Part shown: piece by piece, positions 1-8,959 of the stretch
How positions within the stretch are numbered: position 1 is the stretch's first letter
Layout of the letters: each line of letters opens with the position of its first letter
Assembly (NCBI GenBank): GCA_031409275.1
Contig: JANNXA010000029.1
Coordinates: 1-41,604, forward strand
Direction: 5' to 3'
Source: Planctomycetota bacterium
GTDB taxonomy: Bacteria > Planctomycetota > B15-G4 > SIAN01
Length of the DNA: 41,604 nucleotides
Program-made: the position numbers and the translations under genes
The notes under the pieces: generated by a model
What the model saw: the letters and a program-made list of their open reading frames with translations, nothing else
The model's database searches: none
Told to the model about the DNA's origin: nothing

Positions 1-140
1 GGGGGGGCTCATACAAATTTGGCGGGGGGGGTTGTGCGCCCGCGGGGGGGCGCGTCGTGGGGGCCCCCCCCACGGCCCCTTCGCGGCGCACAGCGCCTGC
101 GCGCCAGTCCCACCCAGGCCACGTACCACGGAGTGGAACC

Positions 141-980
141 ATGTCCACCAGAGCAGTGCAGGATGTTTCGATCGATCAAATTGTGTGTCGAAAGCAGATT
201 CGTGAGCGGTTCAGCGAAGAAGAGCTCGCGGGACTTGCTCAGAGCATCGCAGAGCACGGGATTCTGCAGCCTCTCCTCGTCCATCGCGAGGAAGGTGCGT
301 TCGTGCTCGACGACGGCGAACGTCGGTTGCGCGCCGCCAAGATCGCCGGACTCTCGTCGGTGCCGGTGATCGTGGATCCGCGTCAGTTCTCCCGTACCGC
401 GGTGATCGAACGCCAGCTGATCGCGAACTGTCAACGCGCGGACCTCTCTGCAATCGAGAAGGCGCGGGCGATTGACCGACTCGTGCAGGAGACGAAGTGC
501 ACCGCATCGGACGTCGCCATCAAGCTGGGTCTCTCTCCCGCAAGCGTGTCTCGTCTCCTCTCCTTGCTCGGGCTACCTGACTCGGTCAAGAAGCGCCTCG
601 AAGCGGGAGAGCTCTCCCCCAGTGCCGCCTACGAGATCACCCGCGCGGGAGATGCATCGGAACAGGAGACGCTCGCGGCCGAGGCCTCTCTGACCGGCAT
701 GACCCGCGACGCGCTCACCGCGAGGCGAAAGTCGGCCGCCACCGAGGCAGCAAGCGCCGGCTCTCGGCAGACGCCAGCCCGAGTGACCGCAAAGCTTGGC
801 GCCGGACGCACCGTCACCCTCACTGGCCCAGGCCTTACGTCGCTCGACCAGTTGGTGAACTGGCTTGAAGAGCTCTTGGCAAAGGCGCGCAAGGCACGTC
901 CGCGCGGTGTCGAGCTCGCGACCTTCGTCGCGCTGCTGAAGGACGAAGCGAAGGCCGCGTCCGGCGAACAGCCATGTTGA
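141..980 (+). CDS. ParB/RepB/Spo0J family protein (279 aa)
   Basis: LAQSIAEHGILQPLLV, GERRLRA arginine patch, ANCQRADLSAIEKA and an HTH; ATG at 141 follows GGAG. Confidence 0.9.
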   Translation: MSTRAVQDVSIDQIVCRKQIRERFSEEELAGLAQSIAEHGILQPLLVHREEGAFVLDDGERRLRAAKIAGLSSVPVIVDPRQFSRTAVIERQLIANCQRADLSAIEKARAIDRLVQETKCTASDVAIKLGLSPASVSRLLSLLGLPDSVKKRLEAGELSPSAAYEITRAGDASEQETLAAEASLTGMTRDALTARRKSAATEAASAGSRQTPARVTAKLGAGRTVTLTGPGLTSLDQLVNWLEELLAKARKARPRGVELATFVALLKDEAKAASGEQPC

Positions 981-2461
981 GGTGGCTCACGGGCCGGAAT
1001 CGAGCGAAGTTGTCCCGCTCCTGGGACCTCACCGCCCCGCTGCTCAACTGGTCAAAGCTCGACCGTTGGACGATGCGCGACGCCGTTGAAGGCTGCCTGG
1101 TCCTCGGCGCGACCGGTAGCGGCAAGTCTTCTGGCAGCGGTCGAACGATCGCTCTCGCGATGCTGAACGCGGGGTTCGGTGGCCTCGTGCTGACCGCGAA
1201 GCAAGACGAGCGCGCTCAGTGGGAGGCGTACTGCCACGAAGCCGGGCGATCGAGCGACCTCCTGGTCTTCAGCCCCTCCCAGCCGCACCGGTTCAACTTC
1301 CTCAACCATGAGCTGAACCGCGCTGGCGAAGGCGCCGGGCTCACCGAGAACATCGTCAACCTGTTCTCGACAGTGCTTGAGATCGCCGAGCGCAGCGCCG
1401 GCAGCGGCGGACGGGAAGACGAGGGGTACTGGCGTCGAGCAAGCCGACAGCTCGTTCGCAACCTCGTCGACCTCCTGGCGCTTGCGACTGGTCGCGTCTC
1501 GATCCCCGAGCTCTACCGACTCGTCATCTCGGCTCCGACGTCCTTCGAGCAGGTTCGCTCGGACAAGTGGAAGGCCGAGTCCTTCTGCTACCGCTGCCTG
1601 GCTGCCGCGGACCAGAACGCGAAGTCGGCGATGCAGAGCACCGACTTCGAGTTGGTGGCCGACTACTTCCTCCTCGAGTTTCCGGGGCTTAGCGAGAAGA
1701 CCCGGTCGGTGATCGTGTCGACGTTCACGTCGATGATCGACGTCATCAACCGCGGCGTCCTGCGGCAGCTCTTCTGCGGCGAGACCAACGTCACGCCCCA
1801 CGTCATCGAGTCCGGGAAGATCGTCCTCATCGACTTGCCAGTTAAGGAGTTCGCAGAAGTCGGGGTCATCGCACAGGTGCTCTGGAAGTACTGCTTCCAG
1901 CGGTCGATTGAACGCCGAAACATCGAGACGAGCCCGCGGCCCGCGTTCATGTGGGCGGACGAAGCGCAGCACTTCGTCACGTCCTACGACCAGCAGTTTC
2001 AGACGACCTGTCGCGCCGCTCGGGTGGCGACGGTCCTCTTATCTCAGAACGTGAGCAACTTCGAGGCGGCGCTCGGCGGCAACGAAAAAGCCAAAGCCGA
2101 GACCGCATCGCTGTTTGCGAACCTGAACACGAAGGTCTTCCATGCGAACGGCGACCCCGTGACGAATCAGTGGGCGTCGACCCTGATCGGACGCACGCTC
2201 CAGAACTTCGTCAACAGCAACAGCAGCCACAATCCAGACGAGTGGCTCCAAGCCGCCTTCGGTCTCGGGCATTCAGGACAGACAAGCGCGGGCTTCAGCG
2301 AGTCCTACGAGTTCGAGCTCCAGCCAAGCGTCTTCTCGGGGCTTCGCACCGGCGGCCCAGCAAACCGCGGAATCGTCGATGCGGTCGTGTTCCAGAGCGG
2401 TCGCAGCTTCTCGGCATCGGGCCGGAACTGGCTGCCAGTCACGTTTCAGCAAGCACGCTGA
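974..2461 (+). CDS. Type IV coupling protein-like ATPase (VirD4/TraD/TraG family)
   Basis: Walker A GATGSGKS, Walker B WADEAQHF, CRAARVATVLLSQN, ANLNTKVFH; overlaps the parB stop. Confidence 0.85.
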   Translation: MLRWLTGRNRAKLSRSWDLTAPLLNWSKLDRWTMRDAVEGCLVLGATGSGKSSGSGRTIALAMLNAGFGGLVLTAKQDERAQWEAYCHEAGRSSDLLVFSPSQPHRFNFLNHELNRAGEGAGLTENIVNLFSTVLEIAERSAGSGGREDEGYWRRASRQLVRNLVDLLALATGRVSIPELYRLVISAPTSFEQVRSDKWKAESFCYRCLAAADQNAKSAMQSTDFELVADYFLLEFPGLSEKTRSVIVSTFTSMIDVINRGVLRQLFCGETNVTPHVIESGKIVLIDLPVKEFAEVGVIAQVLWKYCFQRSIERRNIETSPRPAFMWADEAQHFVTSYDQQFQTTCRAARVATVLLSQNVSNFEAALGGNEKAKAETASLFANLNTKVFHANGDPVTNQWASTLIGRTLQNFVNSNSSHNPDEWLQAAFGLGHSGQTSAGFSESYEFELQPSVFSGLRTGGPANRGIVDAVVFQSGRSFSASGRNWLPVTFQQAR

Positions 2462-2481
2462 AGCTCAATAGGAGTTGAACC

Positions 2482-3066
2482 ATGCAGCAGCAGTCTCAAG
2501 AGCAGCCGCAAGGCAGTCAGGTCACGTTTCTTGGCGCACTCGCGTTCGTGTCGAGGACGCTCGCGACCTCGATCGAGGTGTTCATCCACCGCCGCTTCGG
2601 TGAACGCTACTTCGGTCTGCACTCGGCGGCGGTGATCCTCGCGGTCCTCGTGTTCAGCACGTTCTGGGAGGGGTACGACGTCACTCCGCTTCTGGGATTC
2701 CTGGGCTTCTACTTCGTCGCCTGCATGGGCGCTCGGATCGGGATCGCGAAACGTCGTCGATCTGGAGACGTCGAGCACAGCTACTACCACGGCCGACCGG
2801 TCCTTCTGAACTGGTGGCCCTTCAAGAAGGCGAAGGAACGGACGGTCAAAGGACTCGAGCCCTTCTTGGTGTTCTTCACCGGCGTCTTCGTCATGCCGGT
2901 CAGCGAGCCTCTCGGCGGCTACCTGATGGTCGCATCGCTTGGACTGCTCGTGTCGTTGGGCTTGGCCGCGACCTATCAGCGGACGCGCCAGCTCGACATG
3001 CAAGACGCGTTGATCGATCAGCAGAACCTCGCGGAACGGCTCCGCGAAAGCAATTGGCGCCGCTAG
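2482..3066 (+). CDS. Hypothetical multi-pass membrane protein of the element
   Basis: AGGAG RBS; about 4 hydrophobic segments; RRFGERY and HSYYHGRP motifs. Confidence 0.75.
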   Translation: MQQQSQEQPQGSQVTFLGALAFVSRTLATSIEVFIHRRFGERYFGLHSAAVILAVLVFSTFWEGYDVTPLLGFLGFYFVACMGARIGIAKRRRSGDVEHSYYHGRPVLLNWWPFKKAKERTVKGLEPFLVFFTGVFVMPVSEPLGGYLMVASLGLLVSLGLAATYQRTRQLDMQDALIDQQNLAERLRESNWRR

Positions 3067-3084
3067 GCGATCGGAGAGTTCACC

Positions 3085-3372
3085 ATGAAAGAGAAAAGCG
3101 AATCGGCCCCGAAAATCGGCGAAGGTCACGCGTCCGCCATGTTGCGGCTCGGCTTGAAGGAGCTGCGCGGCGGGCTCTATCCAGAGTCCAACGTCGCCCA
3201 ACAGACGGAATACGGCCTCTACGGCACGAAGACTCCGGGCGAGGTGGCGGAGTCTCGACGTGGATCCGGGGCCGACCTCGAAGAGGAGAAGACATCAGTC
3301 GTTGCCGACCGCATTCGGCAAGCCGAGTCCCGTGACGACCACGGCAAGGACGCTCGCGAGTTGGAGAAGTAG
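3085..3372 (+). CDS. Hypothetical hydrophilic protein (95 aa)
   Basis: GGAG RBS; fits between neighbouring element genes. Confidence 0.6.
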   Translation: MKEKSESAPKIGEGHASAMLRLGLKELRGGLYPESNVAQQTEYGLYGTKTPGEVAESRRGSGADLEEEKTSVVADRIRQAESRDDHGKDARELEK

Positions 3373-3374
3373 GC

Positions 3375-3533
3375 GTGGACTCGTTGGCCCGTCAACTCCA
3401 GATCTGCCTGCTCTTCGTGGGCATCGCGATTGGCCTGCTCTTGCTCTTCACTGCCAGCGTGGCGAAGCGGCGCTCCAAGGACTCGCTCATCAAGCGGGAG
3501 TCCTGGGCGTCGCGCTTCGTGCGCAAGACGTAG
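3375..3533 (+). CDS. Small single-pass membrane protein (52 aa), not in the ORF track
   Basis: GTG start 8 nt after GGAG; MDSLARQLQICLLFVGIAIGLLLLFTASVAKRRSKDSLIKRESWASRFVRKT is a TM helix plus basic tail. Confidence 0.55.
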   Translation: MDSLARQLQICLLFVGIAIGLLLLFTASVAKRRSKDSLIKRESWASRFVRKT

Positions 3534-3570
3534 GCGTTCGAGTCGGCGTTGACCATGGCACCGCGGATCC

Positions 3571-3613
3571 AACGACGGCGGGGCGCCAACTCACCCCGCC
3601 GTCGTTTCATTTC
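3571..3613 (+). terminator. Intrinsic terminator-like hairpin
   Basis: 13-bp perfect stem AACGACGGCGGGG/CCCCGCCGTCGTT followed by TCATTTC. Confidence 0.55.
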
Positions 3614-3631
3614 GCGCAGGGGGCCGCGGCG

Positions 3632-3877
3632 ATGAACCGCGCGGAGAAGGTCTCTCCGAAGGAGGGCGGGCCCGCTGCAACCGCGGCGCCGGGCAGCACA
3701 CCCACGTGGATCACGCCGGAGCTCATCGCTCTCACGCTGCGGGTCTGGCAGCCGCTCTACCCGGACCGGCTCACGCGCGACGACGCGATTGCGATGCTGC
3801 TCGCGGTCGGCAGACTGTTCCTCGTCCTCTCCGGGGAGCAGGCCCATGAAGCGGTTCGTCGCACTCGCTCGCGTTAG
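3632..3877 (+). CDS. Small protein overlapping the recombinase start (candidate recombination directionality factor)
   Basis: ATG at 3632; 81 aa with WITPELIALTLRVWQPLY...DDAIAMLLAVGRLF; overlaps the recombinase 5' end. Confidence 0.6.
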   Translation: MNRAEKVSPKEGGPAATAAPGSTPTWITPELIALTLRVWQPLYPDRLTRDDAIAMLLAVGRLFLVLSGEQAHEAVRRTRSR

Positions 3878-5390
3878 CAGCAGGGAGCAGGAGCGCGAGG
3901 GCTTCTCGCTTGCCGTGCAGGAAGACGCGCTCAAGCGCTACGTCGCGCAGGCTGGCGGCACGATCGTGCGGTTCTTTCGAATTGCCGAGACCGCGAGCAA
4001 GCAGCACGAACGCAAGATCTTCAAGGAGCTCTTGGCGTACGCCAAGAAGCACGCGCACGAGCTCGACGCGCTCGTGGTCTACAAGCTCGACCGTGCCTCG
4101 CGGAACCTCTTCGACTACGTCGAACTCGAGCGCCTGGAAAGCGAGCATGGGCTCTCCTTCGTCTCGGTTTCCCAGCCGACGGAGAACACGCCCGCGGGCC
4201 GGATGATGCGCCGCACGCTCGCGAACATGGCGGCCTTCTACACCGAGCAGCAGGCCCTCGACGTCGTCGAGGGTATGGCGCGCCGCGTCCACGAAGGTGG
4301 CTTCGTCGGAAAAGCCCCGTACGGCTACCGGAACATCCGGGTCGACGGTAGGGGTGAAAGCGAGATCGATGGCCCCGCTGCGGTCAACGTCGCGCTGATC
4401 TTCAGGCTCTACGCGTATGAGTCGCTCACGGTGGACGCGCTGCGAGACCGTTTGCACGCGACGGGCGTTGTCTACCGATCGTGGTCGCCCCGCTTCGTGC
4501 GCTGCACGCTCCACCGCATCCTGACGGATCGGGCGTACATCGGGGAGGTGCTCTATCGGGGCCAGTGGTACGCCGGTCGGCATGAGCCGCTGGTCGACCG
4601 CTCCACCTTCGATCGGGTGCAGGCGCTTCTCGGCGGGCACGTCTACCACGCCCACCAGATGACCTACGCGAGCGAGTTGTTGCGCTGCGGCCACTGCGGA
4701 AAGCCGATCACCGGCGAGAGCAAGACCAAGCGCACCAAGGCTGGCGAGCAGCAGTACGTCTACTACCGCTGCGGCGCGTACACGGCGCCTGGACATCCTC
4801 GCGTGAGGGTCCGGGAAGCGGACATCGATCAGCAGCTGCTGGCGATCTTTGACCGGATGAAGGTCGAGAACCCCGAGGCGCGGGAGTGGTTCCGGGCGGT
4901 CCTCGCGGCGCACACGAAGAACGCGCAGGACGATCAGAGTGCTCAGCGCGACGAGCTGACCCGGCAGTCGAAGCTGCTCGTCAACCAGAAGGATCGACTC
5001 CTGAACCTCGCGCTCACCGACGGCATCGACCAGGAGACTTTCGCGGTGAAAAGCACCGAACTGCGGGACCGTCTCTCTTCGATCAAGCTGCAGCTCGACG
5101 TGGTCGACCGGTCACACGACGAAACGGCCGATCTGGCGCTTAAGGTCTTTGAACTTTCGCAAACCCTTCGCGAGCGATGGGTTACGGCGGACTACGGCGC
5201 AAAGCGCCGGATCCTCGAAATCGTCTCTTTGAACTGCCGCCTTGAAGGGACCACGCTCGTCATGGAGCTGCGGAAACCCTTCGACGCCCTGGCAGAAGGG
5301 CTGCTGACGAACGTCAGCCAGCCGAAAGAAGGGCTGGAGGAGCCCTCGACGACGGTCGAGTTGCGGAATGGTCGGGGCGAGAGGATTTGA
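3846..5390 (+). CDS. Large serine recombinase (resolvase, recombinase and zinc-ribbon domains; 514 aa)
   Basis: ARVSSREQ catalytic Ser motif, VYKLDRASRN, APYGY, HEPLV, CGHCG...YYRC zinc ribbon and coiled coil; ATG at 3846 follows GGGGAG. Confidence 0.93.
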   Translation: MKRFVALARVSSREQEREGFSLAVQEDALKRYVAQAGGTIVRFFRIAETASKQHERKIFKELLAYAKKHAHELDALVVYKLDRASRNLFDYVELERLESEHGLSFVSVSQPTENTPAGRMMRRTLANMAAFYTEQQALDVVEGMARRVHEGGFVGKAPYGYRNIRVDGRGESEIDGPAAVNVALIFRLYAYESLTVDALRDRLHATGVVYRSWSPRFVRCTLHRILTDRAYIGEVLYRGQWYAGRHEPLVDRSTFDRVQALLGGHVYHAHQMTYASELLRCGHCGKPITGESKTKRTKAGEQQYVYYRCGAYTAPGHPRVRVREADIDQQLLAIFDRMKVENPEAREWFRAVLAAHTKNAQDDQSAQRDELTRQSKLLVNQKDRLLNLALTDGIDQETFAVKSTELRDRLSSIKLQLDVVDRSHDETADLALKVFELSQTLRERWVTADYGAKRRILEIVSLNCRLEGTTLVMELRKPFDALAEGLLTNVSQPKEGLEEPSTTVELRNGRGERI

Positions 5391-5446
5391 ACCTCCGGCC
5401 TCAGCGTCCCGAACGCTGCGCTCTAGCCAAGCTAAGCTACGCCCCG
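5369..5446 (-). tRNA. tRNA-Pro (anticodon CGG)
   Basis: Reverse complement folds as a cloverleaf: CGGGGCG acceptor, CAGCG-TTCGGGA-CGCTG anticodon arm, GGAGG-TTCAAAT-CCTCT T arm, encoded CCA. Confidence 0.97.
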
Positions 5447-5467
5447 TTCCGATCGGGAAGGGGCGAG

Positions 5468-5496
5468 AAGCTAGGAGCGTTCACCGTCGGAATCAA
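5468..5496 (-). promoter_or_regulatory. Sigma70-type promoter of tRNA-Pro
   Basis: TTGATT-17 nt-TAGCTT on the minus strand, about 21 nt upstream of the tRNA. Confidence 0.55.
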
Positions 5497-5526
5497 GGCC
5501 AAGCCTTGCCGGCCCGGTCGCGCGGC

Positions 5527-6051
5527 TCATTTCGAGCGGCCGCGCGAGCCGTCGCCCACCTGCCACCAGTCCAGACGCTGGTCGCGCCGCAGCGAGTCGC
5601 GCAGCACTGCCAGATCCGCCGTCAGCGGAGCCAGAGCACCGCTCACCCGCGGCCGCAGCACGAAGCAAAGGCGCTGCTGGTGGACGACTTCGAGGATCCA
5701 GAGCGTCGAGGTGCGTCGCGACGACATCAGCAGCGAGCGCGCGAGGCGATCGAGCAGTTCAAGCGGGTGGCGCGCCAGCGTGAAGTAGATCGCCGGCGCA
5801 GCGGAGTGGCCGGCGGCGGTCGAGAGCGCGCGATCGACGGTCAGCCCATCGACCGCTTCGAGCGCGGTGAACAGCCCGATCAGCTCCGGAGCGACGCCGA
5901 ATCCTTCCGCTTCGCGCGTCTCCTCGACCCGGGTCACGTCAGCCGGATCGCCCTGCAGGTGGCCGCAGAGACGGCACTCCTCGACGAGGAGCCCGTAAAC
6001 GTGTTCGCGGCGCACGTCGTGACTACCGCATTCGTCGCACTGCAATGACAT
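5527..6051 (-). CDS. Hypothetical protein with N-terminal CxxC...CxxC zinc ribbon (174 aa)
   Basis: MSLQCDECGSHDV...EECRLCG; the upstream ORF extension lies within the repeat element. Confidence 0.7.
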   Translation of the reverse strand: MSLQCDECGSHDVRREHVYGLLVEECRLCGHLQGDPADVTRVEETREAEGFGVAPELIGLFTALEAVDGLTVDRALSTAAGHSAAPAIYFTLARHPLELLDRLARSLLMSSRRTSTLWILEVVHQQRLCFVLRPRVSGALAPLTADLAVLRDSLRRDQRLDWWQVGDGSRGRSK

Positions 6052-6059
6052 CAGGCGCT

Positions 6060-6222
6060 CGTGTCCTGATCTCGAAGTTCGGGAAAGAAGTCGGAGGCGA
6101 GCTTCGTGCAGGGCGAGAAGGGCCGACGACATCGACTTCGAGGGAAGTCGATGAGGAGGCCCGACGAATCCATGCGCGAAGGGCGCCCCGAATGGTGATG
6201 CGAACTTTGGGATCAGGACACG
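6060..6222 (+). repeat. MITE/RPE-like palindromic element, copy 1 (163 bp)
   Basis: 22-bp terminal inverted repeats CGTGTCCTGATCTCGAAGTTCG / CGAACTTTGGGATCAGGACACG (20/22); central hairpin CATCGACTTC-GAGG-GAAGTCGATG; second copy at 13353-13502. Confidence 0.85.
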
Positions 6223-6305
6223 TGATGCCCGCGCGAACGCTCGCCGTCAAGGGCTGCGCGCTCGCCCACCTCTCGCGGGCACGCCCTTCGCTAGATTCCG
6301 CGACC

Positions 6306-6974
6306 ATGAAAGGTCTCTGGATCCTCGCCGGCCTCGGCGTCGCCGCGGCGCTCCTGGTCTTCGCGCTGACGCGCGAGTCGGATGCCGACGTCGAGCGGCT
6401 CTACATCGATGCCGTGCGCGAGCGCCCGGCCATCGAGGCGGCGATCACGGAGTCTGGCGACCTGGTGCGCTACTTCTCCGAGTTCAAGCCGACCGAACGC
6501 AAGAAGGGCGACCTCGAGGAACTCCGCCGCCGCTTCGAGTCGCTCGACGGTCAGGCGACGAAAACGAGGGACGCCGCCGAGCTGCCGCGCTCGGAGCGCA
6601 AGGCCGAGCTCGCCAAGGTCGAGGAGGAGTTCTTCAAGCTGAAGAGCGACGCCGAGGACCTGCGTGCCCGCCTGCGCGAGATGAAGAACTTCGACCTCCA
6701 GCTGCGGCCGCGCATCGCCAAGCTCGGCGCGCTGACGCAGAAGCTCCTGATCGCGCAGACGCCGGAGAGCCCGCCGGAGTTCCAGCAGCGCGCCGGCCAG
6801 CTCGTCGAGGATGGCCGCAAGTACCGATTGATGGCGGAGGGCGCGCTGAAGACGCTTTCGGTGCGGATCGGCGAGGGACGCAGCCTTGGCATGGCGGCGC
6901 TGAACGAACTCGACGAGATCCTGAAGAACATGGAATCGCTGCTCGCGACGACGGGCGAGAAAGCGGGCGGCTGA
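6306..6974 (+). CDS. Membrane-anchored coiled-coil hypothetical protein (222 aa)
   Basis: N-terminal TM MKGLWILAGLGVAAALLVFAL followed by E/K/R-rich helices; high-GC3 codon usage. Confidence 0.8.
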   Translation: MKGLWILAGLGVAAALLVFALTRESDADVERLYIDAVRERPAIEAAITESGDLVRYFSEFKPTERKKGDLEELRRRFESLDGQATKTRDAAELPRSERKAELAKVEEEFFKLKSDAEDLRARLREMKNFDLQLRPRIAKLGALTQKLLIAQTPESPPEFQQRAGQLVEDGRKYRLMAEGALKTLSVRIGEGRSLGMAALNELDEILKNMESLLATTGEKAGG

Positions 6975-6980
6975 CCGCCG

Positions 6981-8951
6981 CTACGGCTTGGCGGGCGACT
7001 GAGCGGCGATCCGGCTTTCGCGCAGGAAGCGCTTGTCGCCGCTGCGGACGGTGATGCCGCTGCCGTCGAAGTGCTCGAGCAGCGGGATCATGAACTTGCG
7101 CGAAGTCTGCAGCGAGTCGCGCAGCTCGGGAATCATCACCTCGCCGCCATGCGCGCGGCCGACGCGGATCAGCTCCGACTTGGCGCGCTCCATGGCGCTG
7201 CGCGCGAAGCGCAGCACGCCGACGCGCACGATCTCCCCCTCGTCGGCGAGCAGTTCGAGGAGGTTGGTCACCTTCTTCGGCAGCGCGCCGAACCGCGCCG
7301 CCGCATCCTCGATGGTCGGCGGCTGCAAGTCGGCCGTCGCGAACAGCGCGCGCAGCTCCTCGAGCAACTGCTCGTCGGCGGGCGAAACGGCAGGCTGATG
7401 CGAGGCGAGGCGCAGGTGGCCCGGCACGTTGCCTTCCGTCACTGCGCCGTCCTTGATCAACAGTTCGCGCGCGAGCTGCAGCGTCGGCTCCGGCAGCTCG
7501 ACCTTGGCGCGCAGCTCGCGGATCTCGATCAGCTTCTTCAGCGGATGCGCCTTGTGGCACGCCTTCAGCCCCGCCTTGAGCGCGTCCTTCGCCGCGTCGG
7601 CGAATTGGCGCGACAGGAGCTGGCCGCGTCCCGCCTCGACGAGCCATCCGTCGCGCAACAACTGGGCGACGAGTCCGTCCGCGTCCGCGAGCGACAGCCC
7701 GACGTCGGCGGCGAGTTCCTTCAGCGTGAACGGCTCGAAACGCCTCTGCTCGGCGGCGAAGCGCAGCTGCAGCGTCGGATCGGCCAGCGCGACCTCTCGC
7801 TGCTTCAACGCCTCGATGTGCCACTCCTTCAGGCGACGGCGGTGGGTTCGCGCCGCGCCGAAGAGCACGCCGCCGCCGAGCGTCACCATCGGCGAGACCT
7901 GGCGGACCAGGAAGCGATCGCCGGCGCAGGCGACCACCGGCTCCTCGAGCTCGAGCTGCACGAGCCCCTCCTCGCCGGGCAGCAGCAGCTCCTTGTCGAG
8001 GATGCGCACGCGGCCGAGCACCTCGGAGGTGCCGACGTGGAGGCGCACCGGCGTGCGATGGTGGAGCGGTTCGCTGCGACCGCCGAGATGGCGCATGCGC
8101 GCCTCGAACAGCGTCGCGGCCTGGAAGAAGCCGGGCGCTGCGACCACCATGCCGCGGTGCAGCTCGCGGTAGTCGATGTCGGCGAGGTTGAGCGCGCACG
8201 AGTGGCCGGCGGTCGCGTGCGGCCGCGCTTCGCCGTACGCATGGATGCCGCGAACGTGGACCCGGCGGCCAAGCGGCAGCAGTTCGACCTCGTCGCCGAC
8301 GGCCACGACACCGGAGAGCGGCACGCCGGTCACGACGGTCCCGTGGCCGCGTGCCGAGAAAACGCGCTGGATCGGGAGGCGGAACAGCCCCGAGGAGGGA
8401 CGCGGCTTGACCGCGGCGATGCGCCGCTCGAGCTCGGCGCGCAGCTCGGGGAGGCCGGCGCCGGTGACGTTGCTGATCGGGAGGATCGGCTCGCCGTCGA
8501 GGAACGTCCCGCGCAGGAGCGTCCGGACGTCGTCGATCGCGAGCTCGCGCAGCTCGTCGTCGACGAGGTCGATCTTCGAGAGGACGACGAAGCCGCTCTG
8601 CACACCGAGCAGCGCCAGGATCTCGAGGTGCTCGCGCGTCTGCGGCATCACGCCGTCGTCGGCGGCGATGACCAGCATCACGATGTCGAGCGAGGTGGCG
8701 CCCGCCACCATGTTCTTCACGAAGCGCTCGTGGCCGGGGACGTCGATGATGCCGACCGTGCGGCCATCGGCGGCGCGCCAGCGCGCGAAGCCGATGTCGA
8801 TCGTCATCCCGCGCTCCTGCTCCTCGGGCAGGCGATCGGGATCGATGCCCGTGAGCGTGCGCACCAGGCTCGACTTGCCATGGTCGATATGGCCCGCGGT
8901 GCCGACGATGACGTTGGCGATCGCGGACGGCGCGGCGTCGGCGGTGCTCAT
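6981..8951 (-). CDS. selB: Selenocysteine-specific translation elongation factor
   Basis: [42 protein letters not shown]-terminal winged helix [14 protein letters not shown]. Confidence 0.96.
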   Translation of the reverse strand: MSTADAAPSAIANVIVGTAGHIDHGKSSLVRTLTGIDPDRLPEEQERGMTIDIGFARWRAADGRTVGIIDVPGHERFVKNMVAGATSLDIVMLVIAADDGVMPQTREHLEILALLGVQSGFVVLSKIDLVDDELRELAIDDVRTLLRGTFLDGEPILPISNVTGAGLPELRAELERRIAAVKPRPSSGLFRLPIQRVFSARGHGTVVTGVPLSGVVAVGDEVELLPLGRRVHVRGIHAYGEARPHATAGHSCALNLADIDYRELHRGMVVAAPGFFQAATLFEARMRHLGGRSEPLHHRTPVRLHVGTSEVLGRVRILDKELLLPGEEGLVQLELEEPVVACAGDRFLVRQVSPMVTLGGGVLFGAARTHRRRLKEWHIEALKQREVALADPTLQLRFAAEQRRFEPFTLKELAADVGLSLADADGLVAQLLRDGWLVEAGRGQLLSRQFADAAKDALKAGLKACHKAHPLKKLIEIRELRAKVELPEPTLQLARELLIKDGAVTEGNVPGHLRLASHQPAVSPADEQLLEELRALFATADLQPPTIEDAAARFGALPKKVTNLLELLADEGEIVRVGVLRFARSAMERAKSELIRVGRAHGGEVMIPELRDSLQTSRKFMIPLLEHFDGSGITVRSGDKRFLRESRIAAQSPAKP

Positions 8952-8959
8952 CGACCCGC

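Larger units (their letters stand above)
1..5390. mobile_element. Integrative (mobilizable) element at the 3' end of tRNA-Pro; left part lies outside the window
   Basis: Co-directional parB-like, coupling-protein, small-ORF and large serine recombinase genes end in the tRNA 3' end; housekeeping-type genes resume beyond the tRNA. Confidence 0.85.

Noticed and set aside
1..70. G and C homopolymer runs (possible G-quadruplex or oriT)
   Set aside because: At the window edge and looks like low-quality end sequence; no supporting motif.
5368..6048. 226-aa ORF starting MVGARGFEP
   Set aside because: Classic translation of an antisense tRNA; it overlaps the tRNA and a minus-strand gene.
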